Source: Verrucomicrobiales bacterium (GTDB lineage Bacteria > Verrucomicrobiota > Verrucomicrobiia > Verrucomicrobiales > V1-33). From it: a DNA stretch of 64,000 nucleotides. Below, piece after piece: positions 45,530 to 54,286 of the stretch (positions within the stretch are counted from its first letter, which is position 1; each line of letters starts with the position of its first letter). The DNA lies in assembly GCA_018003315.1 (NCBI GenBank), contig JAGNEJ010000016.1, positions 35-64,034 on the forward strand, given 5' to 3'. The notes below the pieces were generated by a model, which worked only from the letters and a program-made list of their open reading frames with translations, was not told the origin of the DNA and did not search any database. The position numbers and the translations under genes are program-made.

Positions 45530-48500
45530 TCATTGTTGGGGAGGAGCGGACACCGCTTCCCGTCCCGACTCCAAAAAGGCCAGCAGATCCAGGATCTCAT
45601 CCTGCGTCAGCAGGTTCAGCAGACCGCCGGGCATCGGTGAAACGGGCGACGGCTCGATGCTCACCACGTCCTTTCGGTCCACGGTCACGGTAGCCGCGGG
45701 ATTGAACATGTCCGGATTGACCATCACCGAATCATTGTTCGTATGATAGACGATGCGCCCGACCAGCTTTTCATGGTTGCGGCGCGTGATGATGATGTTG
45801 CCGTAGAGGTCGCTCACGGTTTTGCTCGGTTCCAGAATGGATTCCAGCATTTCTCGTCGGCTGAAGCGCCCGGCCAGTTGCGTGAGGTCCGGCCCGACAG
45901 CGCCACCTTCTCCGGCAAAGCGATGGCATTGAAAACAGCCGGTGGCGCCAAACATCCGCCTCCCGCGTTCCAGGTCTCGCTTTCCGCGGTCAGCCTGGAG
46001 CGCGGGAGCCAGCTTCTCAACGGTCCATTCCGTGAAGCTGGTTCGCTTGGCCAGTGCCGCTCCAAAGGAGGCCAGGGGAGATTCCGGCGGCGGCGCTTCG
46101 AGGATGCTCTTGAGCGCAGCCCGTTCCGCTTCCGTGAGGGTGGCCAGCGCGTCGGTTTTGATCATGTTGACGAAGCCCGTGAAACTGGCTCCTCCGCGAT
46201 ATCCCGCAGCGCGGTTGAACCAGGTGAAGTATTCTGAGCGTAGTTCCGGTGTCCATCCGACGCGCAGCATCCGGAGGGACTTGATGTAGTCGAGTTGTTC
46301 CTCCTGCGTGGGCGCGGAGCGGATCAGCGGCAACGCCAGACTGGCAATGCGCGGTGACTGGAGATGGACCAGCATCTGGCACAGTTCGCTGTTGAGCGCC
46401 CGGTTGCCTGCGGGAAACCACGGTTCCATTTGTGCCGCCAACCGCGCCCGTGCCGCCTCGTCCGGATGTCCCAGTCGTGTAAAACAAAGCGTGAAGGCAC
46501 GCAACAATGCCAGTCTCTGTTCCGTCGCGAGCTGAGACCACTGCAGTTCACCGAGTGAGGAAAGCACGCGCCCTGACAATTCTGGATCCGGTTTTGGATC
46601 GTCCGGTTTGCGGTGGAATTCGTCCTTGGCACTGACCCGCACCAGGGCCAGCAGCGCTTCGAGCCGCCGGGTGGGATCCTTTTCTGTCAGTGCCTGGTTG
46701 CGCCACTGCGCCGGATCCTGCCATTCCAGAGCCACGCGGGCGGCGAAACGCAGAAAGCGGTCACTGCTCCCGAGATGGGGCCAAAGCGATGCGACCGCGG
46801 CCGGATCGCGCCGCCCGTGAAAGGATTCCAGCATCCGCCGGGTTGCACGCGGATCATCTGCTGGTTCCGCCTCTGGCTTTGTGTCACCGGATTTGTCACC
46901 CGTCCAGGTTACGCGATACAGCCCAGTCTGAATCCGCCAGCCACCGGTGATGAAATAGAGTGCGCCGTCGGTTGGATGCGCCACGAGATCCACCACTGGC
47001 AGCGGCACGCCGGAGAGAAACACCTCATCCTCACCGCGGCAGGCCGCACCAGCCGGATGCAGATGCACCGCATGGACGCGCCCGAACGTCCAGTCTGCCG
47101 CGAAAAGCGCTTCGCGGTAGCGCTGGGGAAACTTGGTTCCGTAACCGAATGTCACGCCGGTTGGGGAGCCAGGGCCGAGATTGAGAATGCCCGGCAGGCT
47201 GTCCGGCTGATAAGCGGGCCATTTTCCGGCACCGTTGCGCCAGCCGAATTCGGCACCGCTGGTTACCTGACAAATCCGCGTCGGACGATACCACGGCGTG
47301 CCCAGGTCCCACTCCATGTCCGCGTCATAAGTGAAGAGATCGCCATGCCGGTCGAAGGCCGCGTCATAGGTATTGCGGAATCCGTTGGCAAACATCTCCC
47401 AGTCGCGTCCGTCGGGGCTGACGCGGTAAATCACACCGCCGGGTGCCAGCACGCCCCGCATGTGTCCGCCGGCATCCGGCAGGCGGGGCAGCAGGTGGTC
47501 CTCGCTCCAGTGCGGCGGAACCTTTGAACTCGCGAGCTGGGGAGGATGCGTGTTGTTGCCGGCGACGACGCAGAGCGACTTGCCATCCGGCCAGGGCAGC
47601 ACGCCGTGCCATCCGTGGTCGCCGCCGCCCTCCAGCGGGTGCAGCAATTCCGTTTTGTCAGGAATTCCGTCGGAATTGGTGTCACGCACCCGGTAGAGGC
47701 CGCTCGCCGACCGGGCATTTTTTGTCACCAATGCGTAAAGGCTGTCGAACGCCCAGCACAGACCCTGGGCGCTGCTCAGTTCCACCGGCAGTTTCTCGAC
47801 GTGGATCGCATTGGTGGCGTCTCCTGCCGCCGGCAGGGTGATGCGAACGAGACCTTCATCGTATTGCCCGCTGGCAAACAAGTGTCCTTGGGGATCTGCG
47901 CACAGGCTGACCCAGGAACCCTCCGTTTCCTTGAGCGGCGAGTAGAGCAGATCGACTTTGAAACCCGGCGGCACCGTGATTTTTTCCGGTGGCAGCGCCG
48001 CTGCGGTTGGGGCGAGCTGCTTCATGCGCAGGTTCCGAAACTGCACCTTCATGGGCGGTCCCGGGTGCATTTGCAGTCCAATCAGCCCGCTGGCGGCGGC
48101 TCGTCCTTTTTGCCGGTCCACGGCGTGGGCTGTCTTCACGTCATTGATGAAAAGCTGAATCTCCGGACCCTGTGCCACCACGCGGTATGCATTCCAGTCC
48201 TGGGCGTGGATGTGCTGCTGCAGTGCCGCCGCATCCGCGAAGCGCTCCACCTTGCGATGGCCGTCGGGTGCGATGGTCACCTTTTCACCGCGCAAGGCCA
48301 CGCCACCGCGCTCATGTTCAAAGAGCGCTCCGGTCCACTGCTTGCCGTCCTCAATGTCCGCCTGGTAGCCGCGCATGTCCCAGTCCGGCACCTCACGGCT
48401 GCGAATCTGCACGCCGGAATTGCCGCCAGTGATGCGATATTCAAAACGCAGTTCGAAATCGCCTGGTTCACCGCCGCGCCAGATGAGATAATTGTGTTTG

Positions 48501-48745
48501 TCGCAGGGTTTATCCGGCGTGCTCTCTGCCGTGATCGTGCCGTCTTCAACGCGCCACCAGCCCGGTTTGCCGTCCCAGCCGGTCAGGTCGCGTCCGTTGA
48601 AGAGTGGCGTGAATCCGTCGTCGGCGGCGCGGGAAGCTGCACTGAATACCGCCACCGTCGCAACTTGGGCAAGCAGCTTGGCCAATTTTGCTGCCAACGG
48701 GAGACGGGAAAGGCATTTCGGGGAGATCAGGAGCGGAGGTTTCAT
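45530..48745 (-). CDS. DUF1080 (3-keto-disaccharide hydrolase-like) + PVC-type membrane-bound dehydrogenase propeller + HEAT + c-type heme-binding (CxxCH) domain protein
   Basis: The N-terminal FTPLFNGRDLTGWDGKPGWWRVEDGTITA is the DUF1080 hallmark. The central region is glucose/sorbosone-dehydrogenase-like. The C-terminal GCFQCHRF heme motif sits in the Pirellula/Verrucomicrobium-type heme-binding domain (TIGR02603/02604 architecture). Confidence 0.8.
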   Translation of the reverse strand: MKPPLLISPKCLSRLPLAAKLAKLLAQVATVAVFSAASRAADDGFTPLFNGRDLTGWDGKPGWWRVEDGTITAESTPDKPCDKHNYLIWRGGEPGDFELRFEYRITGGNSGVQIRSREVPDWDMRGYQADIEDGKQWTGALFEHERGGVALRGEKVTIAPDGHRKVERFADAAALQQHIHAQDWNAYRVVAQGPEIQLFINDVKTAHAVDRQKGRAAASGLIGLQMHPGPPMKVQFRNLRMKQLAPTAAALPPEKITVPPGFKVDLLYSPLKETEGSWVSLCADPQGHLFASGQYDEGLVRITLPAAGDATNAIHVEKLPVELSSAQGLCWAFDSLYALVTKNARSASGLYRVRDTNSDGIPDKTELLHPLEGGGDHGWHGVLPWPDGKSLCVVAGNNTHPPQLASSKVPPHWSEDHLLPRLPDAGGHMRGVLAPGGVIYRVSPDGRDWEMFANGFRNTYDAAFDRHGDLFTYDADMEWDLGTPWYRPTRICQVTSGAEFGWRNGAGKWPAYQPDSLPGILNLGPGSPTGVTFGYGTKFPQRYREALFAADWTFGRVHAVHLHPAGAACRGEDEVFLSGVPLPVVDLVAHPTDGALYFITGGWRIQTGLYRVTWTGDKSGDTKPEAEPADDPRATRRMLESFHGRRDPAAVASLWPHLGSSDRFLRFAARVALEWQDPAQWRNQALTEKDPTRRLEALLALVRVSAKDEFHRKPDDPKPDPELSGRVLSSLGELQWSQLATEQRLALLRAFTLCFTRLGHPDEAARARLAAQMEPWFPAGNRALNSELCQMLVHLQSPRIASLALPLIRSAPTQEEQLDYIKSLRMLRVGWTPELRSEYFTWFNRAAGYRGGASFTGFVNMIKTDALATLTEAERAALKSILEAPPPESPLASFGAALAKRTSFTEWTVEKLAPALQADRGKRDLERGRRMFGATGCFQCHRFAGEGGAVGPDLTQLAGRFSRREMLESILEPSKTVSDLYGNIIITRRNHEKLVGRIVYHTNNDSVMVNPDMFNPAATVTVDRKDVVSIEPSPVSPMPGGLLNLLTQDEILDLLAFLESGREAVSAPPQQ

Positions 48746-51321
48746 GGATTGATAGGTATGACGCTCAGCGTGCGGCGTTCTCCGGCAGCCAGCGAAAGCC
48801 TGAGACCCTCTGCCAGCTCCTCGCCGCCAACCTGAGAGTGGCCGGCGGCCTCTTGCAGTTCGTAGCGCTTGGAGTTTTCCACCGGAAACCATTCCGGGAA
48901 TTCATTGAGGCGTGGGTAGTTCGTTGGCAGGCGCAGGGTGAGGCGGTGGCGCGGAGTGTCGAAGCGCAGCCGCCCTTTCCACGGCTTTTCAGCGGTGAGA
49001 GCGACGTGCAGCGTGTTGCCTTCGCGCAGCGCACTGAGCCGCAGATCTGTACGCCACGGGTGGCAGCTTGCGCCCTGGGTAAAATACAGCGCTGCCATCA
49101 GCGCGGTGCGGGCGTAATTGCCGTCGCCATACCAGCCTTCCACAATGCCGTCATCCCGCTGCTTGCCGAGGAACAGCGGCAGCATCTTGTTCAACCAAGC
49201 AAACCCTGCCGGTTCCGGCACGCGATTGAGCAGGAGCAGCGATCCTTCGATGGCATCTGCATAGGCATCGGCGTCGCTCCAGTGAAGATAGCGCGGCTGG
49301 TCAATGTGCTGCAGTGCGTGGCGGACTGCATTCAGAAGCACGGTGTCGCCCGTCGCCGTGCCGAACGTGTGCATGGCCGCGAGGGCGTAGCCCCAAGTGT
49401 CCGGTGTCTCGCGATTGAGGACTTTTCCGGTCGAGGCTTCCACGAGGTTGCACCACAAGCCGTCCTCGTTGCGCGCCTTGTCGAACAGGCGGTGAAACAT
49501 TTCGCGCAGCGGCTTTTCATACAGCGCGGCTTTCTCTGCATGGAAGTGCCTGGCGGCCACGAACAACTCTGCCAGACCGCCGATGAGTTCGTTGCCGTGA
49601 TCGTTGAGATTGAGGGTGTCGTTGATGGCGCGGTGTGTGGTGAAATCCCACCGGTGCGGGGGAAGGCCGCCGTTTTTGGGCAGGACTTCGAGGCAGTAGG
49701 CATCGCCGATTCGTTCGGCCCACTCCAGATATTTCGCATTGCGCGTCACCGCGTGGAGCCGCGCCAGGGCTTGGAGCAGGTCGCCGTTGACCTCGGTGTC
49801 ATCCGCCGGCAGCAGGCCGAAATCGGACTTCACGGCAGCCTGTGCGAAGATGGCATCCATCAGTTCCACCATGCGGTCGAACCAGGGACCGCGGCCCAGC
49901 ACCTCGGTCATCGGAATGAGGCCGTCCTTGCAATACTCCGCCGCGTTGAAGGTGAGGCGGGCGGGATTGGGCTCCACATGGGCGAATGTGCGAGTGGCAA
50001 GCGAGAACCAGTCGGGCAACCCAGCGTGGCGCGTGGTCAGCGTGCGTTCCTTGGGGATGATGTCGAGAATTTCCGGCAGCCGATCCGGCGCAAGGAAATG
50101 TGCGGTGATTGCCAGGAAGGGAAACATGTCAGCTGCGTTGTCCTGGGGCGCCCACACGGGCTGGTCGAGCCGCCGCGGATACAGCCCGGTCGCCGCATCG
50201 CGGGTCTTCCACCAACCGTCCAGCACTCCGAGCGCACGGGTGAAGCAGCGGCGGGCAATTTCTCCGCGGCGGTCCAGTTCGTTCACGGTAGTGGCTGCGG
50301 ACAGGGGGCTTGCACCCTCAGTGCCAGGATTTCGGCCCGGAGTTTGTCCGGCGTCGGACCACGGCCAGGGTGTTCCCAGTTGTTCCTGCAGCGGTGCCCA
50401 GAAGTCGCGTCCGACAAAAACGTGTCCGTTGGGATGAATGGTTAGTTGAGCCTTTGCTTCTGCTCCAAACACGCGATAGGCCCGGCGGATCTCCTCGAAT
50501 GCTCCGCGTCCGATGTTGACGGGAAATCCTCCCGGTGCGCGTTCCTTTTCGCCCAATTCCAACACCAGCGGACGCGGTGCCACGCAGGAAAAGATGTCGG
50601 AGAAATCGAAATTCTCCTCCAGTCCAGGAAAGTTGAAACAGGTGCAATGTCCATTTTTCATGTTAGCCACCGTGGTCAACCAACCGCTGCTGCACGAGGT
50701 CCTGATGCGTTCGTCCAGCGCCGCGACATACATCGTCGTTTCGCCGCCCAGCGAAAGGCCGGCGACGGCAAGGCGGTTGGGGTCCACCTCGGGCCGGGTC
50801 TCTAGGTAATCCAGACAGCGCAAGGCATCCCAGGTGCGTTCGCCCATCAGCGTCCAGTTCGCGTGCTGCAGATCGTGCTGGCCCACGTCCGGTGCGATGA
50901 CGACGTAGCCCATTTCCGCCAGAGCGCGGCCATACCAGTAAAGGCTCAGTCCACGCACCACTTCCTCGCCAGTGCCGCCGTGGCCGTGGATGGCCAGCAC
51001 TGCGCCAACCTTGCCGTGCGGTTGTTTCGGCATCGCCATCCACCCATGCGTCCGACGATCGGGCAGCGATTGCAGGGTGAATTCCTCCAGCACGCAGCCG
51101 CCCGCGGGCATCTCGATGCGTTGAATGACCTCCGGCCGCAGTGGCACGCGCTCTGGTTTCGCGCCGCCCATGAGCAATTGGAACAGTTTGGCGCGGGTCG
51201 CCTGCTGCCATTGTTTCGCCTCGGGCGCATTGGCCGTGCGAAATGACAGGGCCGGTGCGTCGGCATTGGCTAGAAACGCAGTGCAGAGGAATGCCAGGAT
51301 GAAGGCGCGATGGTGCTGCAT
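48742..51321 (-). CDS. alpha/beta hydrolase (acetyl-xylan-esterase / dienelactone-hydrolase-like) fused to (alpha/alpha)6-barrel glycosidase-like domain
   Basis: The ATG at 51321 gives signal peptide MQHHRAFILAFLCTAFLANA. HGHGG oxyanion-like motif and GLSLGG nucleophile elbow. The C-terminal ~550 aa is helical-repeat rich (six-hairpin-like). Its stop overlaps the next start in ATGA. Confidence 0.6.
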   Translation of the reverse strand: MQHHRAFILAFLCTAFLANADAPALSFRTANAPEAKQWQQATRAKLFQLLMGGAKPERVPLRPEVIQRIEMPAGGCVLEEFTLQSLPDRRTHGWMAMPKQPHGKVGAVLAIHGHGGTGEEVVRGLSLYWYGRALAEMGYVVIAPDVGQHDLQHANWTLMGERTWDALRCLDYLETRPEVDPNRLAVAGLSLGGETTMYVAALDERIRTSCSSGWLTTVANMKNGHCTCFNFPGLEENFDFSDIFSCVAPRPLVLELGEKERAPGGFPVNIGRGAFEEIRRAYRVFGAEAKAQLTIHPNGHVFVGRDFWAPLQEQLGTPWPWSDAGQTPGRNPGTEGASPLSAATTVNELDRRGEIARRCFTRALGVLDGWWKTRDAATGLYPRRLDQPVWAPQDNAADMFPFLAITAHFLAPDRLPEILDIIPKERTLTTRHAGLPDWFSLATRTFAHVEPNPARLTFNAAEYCKDGLIPMTEVLGRGPWFDRMVELMDAIFAQAAVKSDFGLLPADDTEVNGDLLQALARLHAVTRNAKYLEWAERIGDAYCLEVLPKNGGLPPHRWDFTTHRAINDTLNLNDHGNELIGGLAELFVAARHFHAEKAALYEKPLREMFHRLFDKARNEDGLWCNLVEASTGKVLNRETPDTWGYALAAMHTFGTATGDTVLLNAVRHALQHIDQPRYLHWSDADAYADAIEGSLLLLNRVPEPAGFAWLNKMLPLFLGKQRDDGIVEGWYGDGNYARTALMAALYFTQGASCHPWRTDLRLSALREGNTLHVALTAEKPWKGRLRFDTPRHRLTLRLPTNYPRLNEFPEWFPVENSKRYELQEAAGHSQVGGEELAEGLRLSLAAGERRTLSVIPINP

Positions 51322-51562
51322 GGGCTTGAATGGGCAATGAAGTGAAGGTGATTCTCTCGCCACCGTTCCTCACGGGTTCAACTCCCGCACTTGCTGTGGA
51401 CGGTGAGACTCCGTTCATGCGTGGCGCATGAGGATGGCCCGGCCCCGCACGAGTCACCATCGCTCGGATGGGCCGCAGCAAAGTACCCCTGGACCATTTG
51501 TGCCGGGGAATTTGCTTGAGTCTGGCAGGATGCGGCGGGCAGCAGACTGGGCATGGCTTGCT

Positions 51563-54184
51563 TTATCGGGTTGGTGATCCTCCGGCGGACGGTGCCGTTC
51601 CGGGCTGGTGCCAGAGTGATTTCCAGTAGTCCTGCTCAATGGCGTAAACGTCGGTGACTTCCTCGGGCTTCACGCATTGCGGAACCATGCCGTAGCGTTT
51701 CATCTCACGGAACCAGTCGGTGCGCGGGACGAAGCCGGTCATGTCGAATCGCTTGTTGCGTTCGAGGAAATCACGACCGGCCGCGATCATGCCGAGGATG
51801 GCTTGATAGCCGGGATCGGCGATGGACCCGAAGACGGCCGCAGCATCGCCGGTGGCCGGTTTCCCGCAGAGATTCCACCCGCCCGCTTCCGTTGCCAGTG
51901 GTGCCAGGAGCATCAGGGACTTCTCCGGCTGCGACAGATTGAAGACGATATGGCGGCTGGTGAGCAGTCGCGGGTCGTCGAGACTGGGCTGCCAGAAACT
52001 CACTCCGCGTTCGTCGGCTACGGTGAGCGGCAGGCGTCGGCTCGGCTTGTTGTGGCAGCCGACGCAGCGTTCCTGAATCACTTTCGCAGCGGCGGTGGTC
52101 TGCGGCGAATCTGCTCCGGTGTTGACCTGGTTGTTCTCGGCGTAATTGCCGATCATCCCGCAGCCGAGCGCGGCATAGGTGCCGGGATAGGCTGCGCCGG
52201 TTTCGATCCAGAGGCGGAGCAGCTTCTTCTGATGTTCGCTCGCCTGCACGCCGTGGTGCGTGCCGTCGAGCATGGTGAGCAGCCTGCTGGCGCTGCTGCC
52301 GAGAGCACGCGGATCGTAATTGCTCTTCGGCTGGTTGCGTCCGTCGGCAAAGAGTCGTGCGATCGTCAGCATGTAGTAGCTGTGGCTGAACACCGGTCCG
52401 CGATCTCCGGTGAGCAGTAGTCGTCCGGCGCGCGGACCGCCCCGCGCGGTCTTCTCGTAGCTGTGGCAGTCGCCGCAGAGGGTTGTCAGCACAGGCTGCA
52501 CGTCGCGTGGGAAATCGATCACGTCTGGCACGTCACGCACCGGTTCGATTTTTGCCGGTGCTTTCCGCACGGCGAGCGTGGTGTGGAAATCTGTGCGTGG
52601 CGTTTGCGAACGATGCTCGTGGCAGCCAACGCAGCTCAACGTTTCCCCCGGCTGCACACTGGTGAAACTCTGCATGCGCTTCACGGCCATGTCCCGCTCG
52701 TCCAGCGCGACGAAGAACACGCTGCGCAGCGCGGGCACCTCGAAGTAGGCGCTGCCATCCTGCTCGACCGGCACGGTGCCGAGAATCCGCTCCAGCGTGA
52801 ACGTGCCGCCGTAGCTGATGGGTTCCATGCCGCCGGTGTAGTGGACGGGCATCGGCAGCGTTTCGAGCACGAGCAGTTTCTTGATGTCTCCCGCCTTCAC
52901 GCCGGTCATGTTCCGTCCGTGGTTCACGTCGGCGAGCACCATTCGCCCAGTGGTCTCCGTGGGCTTTACGCGCTGTTGGAGGACCGGTTCGCGGGGACGC
53001 GGCGTGAAGGGCCTTGGTTCGTGACATTCGAGTTTCGCAGCGAGATCGGCGGCGGGCAGTTTGAGAATTTCCTCCGTGCGGCCGGTGCCATCCATCACCA
53101 CGAGCGAGGTGTGTGCCGCGGCCAGAAAACAATTCTCGGTAAACGCCCACGGATCGCGGAAGTGCGCGCCTTTGCTGATGCTGCGGGCAAACTCCTTTGC
53201 GTCTGGGCCGCCTTTGGGATCGACCACGGTCACCACGCCATCGTGTTCGCGCTGGCCGTGGCCGGGGCTGAAACTGGCGACAATCCTGTCCGTTCCGGGG
53301 ATGGGCCTGGCGTCAATCATGGTGATGCCGGGATGAAGATTTCCAAACCAGGTCATTTGCGAAGTTCCGTCGGGATTCATGGCCCAGAGATGATGGAAAT
53401 GAACCTGGCTGCGGTCCACGTATTCCCAGCGGGTGTAGAGGATGCGCCCGTCGGGCAGCGGCCACGGCGTGTTGTCGTGCTCGTTATTGCTGGAGAGCAC
53501 CCGAATGTTGGCACCGTCAGCATCGCAGCGGTGGAGCACCGCGACCTGCGTCAGCCAGCAGTTCACCCAGCGCTTGCAGCGGCTGGAGACGAATACAATT
53601 CCGCCGTCAGGAAGGTAGCTGGCCTCGATGTCGTCAAACGGACCGGACGTCAATTGGCGGAGCCCAGGCGGCGGAAGCGGGGGATTGGGGGCGTCTTTCG
53701 CATCCCGTCCGACGGTTTGTTCCGTTAGAGGCAGTTCGTAAAGATGATAGTGTTCCGTCCCGCCGGGCCGGTAGCTGAAAAGCACCTGCTTCCCATCGTA
53801 ACTCACCTGCGGATCGCGCACCCCGCCGCGCGGATCGTCGAGCAGCGCCGTCAACGCGCGGGTGCGCAGGTTGAGCTTGTAGAGCTTGGCGCCTTCGACC
53901 CAGGCTTTGCGGTTTGGATCGTGCGAGTAATAACCAAAATTTGCATACCAATGGCCGTCGGTGGGATTCACTCCCCGTGCGGCGAAGACCACTTCCTCGA
54001 CATCACGCATCGGACCGGAGAGAAATTCCTTCAGAAGTCCTCCCTCACCAGGCGGGGGCGGTGCCGCTGGCGCAGCACGCCCTGGCGTCGTCAGGAACAG
54101 CAGCAGTGCGGGGAGCAGCGCCAGGAGTCCGCTCACGAACGGCTCCCGAAAAATGGTGGTGCGGTGGAGTCCGGAGAGTTGCAT
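51563..54184 (-). CDS. HzsA-related PD40/TolB-like beta-propeller protein with three CxxCH heme motifs
   Basis: Signal/TM segment GLLALLPALLLFLTTPG. PD40-like VSYDGKQVLFSY. Three c-type heme motifs are read directly: CVGCHEH, CGDCHSY and CVGCHNK. Confidence 0.55.
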   Translation of the reverse strand: MQLSGLHRTTIFREPFVSGLLALLPALLLFLTTPGRAAPAAPPPPGEGGLLKEFLSGPMRDVEEVVFAARGVNPTDGHWYANFGYYSHDPNRKAWVEGAKLYKLNLRTRALTALLDDPRGGVRDPQVSYDGKQVLFSYRPGGTEHYHLYELPLTEQTVGRDAKDAPNPPLPPPGLRQLTSGPFDDIEASYLPDGGIVFVSSRCKRWVNCWLTQVAVLHRCDADGANIRVLSSNNEHDNTPWPLPDGRILYTRWEYVDRSQVHFHHLWAMNPDGTSQMTWFGNLHPGITMIDARPIPGTDRIVASFSPGHGQREHDGVVTVVDPKGGPDAKEFARSISKGAHFRDPWAFTENCFLAAAHTSLVVMDGTGRTEEILKLPAADLAAKLECHEPRPFTPRPREPVLQQRVKPTETTGRMVLADVNHGRNMTGVKAGDIKKLLVLETLPMPVHYTGGMEPISYGGTFTLERILGTVPVEQDGSAYFEVPALRSVFFVALDERDMAVKRMQSFTSVQPGETLSCVGCHEHRSQTPRTDFHTTLAVRKAPAKIEPVRDVPDVIDFPRDVQPVLTTLCGDCHSYEKTARGGPRAGRLLLTGDRGPVFSHSYYMLTIARLFADGRNQPKSNYDPRALGSSASRLLTMLDGTHHGVQASEHQKKLLRLWIETGAAYPGTYAALGCGMIGNYAENNQVNTGADSPQTTAAAKVIQERCVGCHNKPSRRLPLTVADERGVSFWQPSLDDPRLLTSRHIVFNLSQPEKSLMLLAPLATEAGGWNLCGKPATGDAAAVFGSIADPGYQAILGMIAAGRDFLERNKRFDMTGFVPRTDWFREMKRYGMVPQCVKPEEVTDVYAIEQDYWKSLWHQPGTAPSAGGSPTR

Positions 54185-54286
54185 AAGCGAGCCGATGCGA
54201 CGGCGGGATTACGTGACACTGAAAAGGCGCGCCAACATTTGACCTGTATCAAGCTTCGCTCGCAATGTGCGGTGTTAGACTTACGC

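Noticed and set aside
48688-50445. 585-aa plus-strand ORF
   Set aside because: It is antisense to the esterase/(alpha/alpha)6 gene, which carries the GLSLGG nucleophile elbow and a signal peptide.
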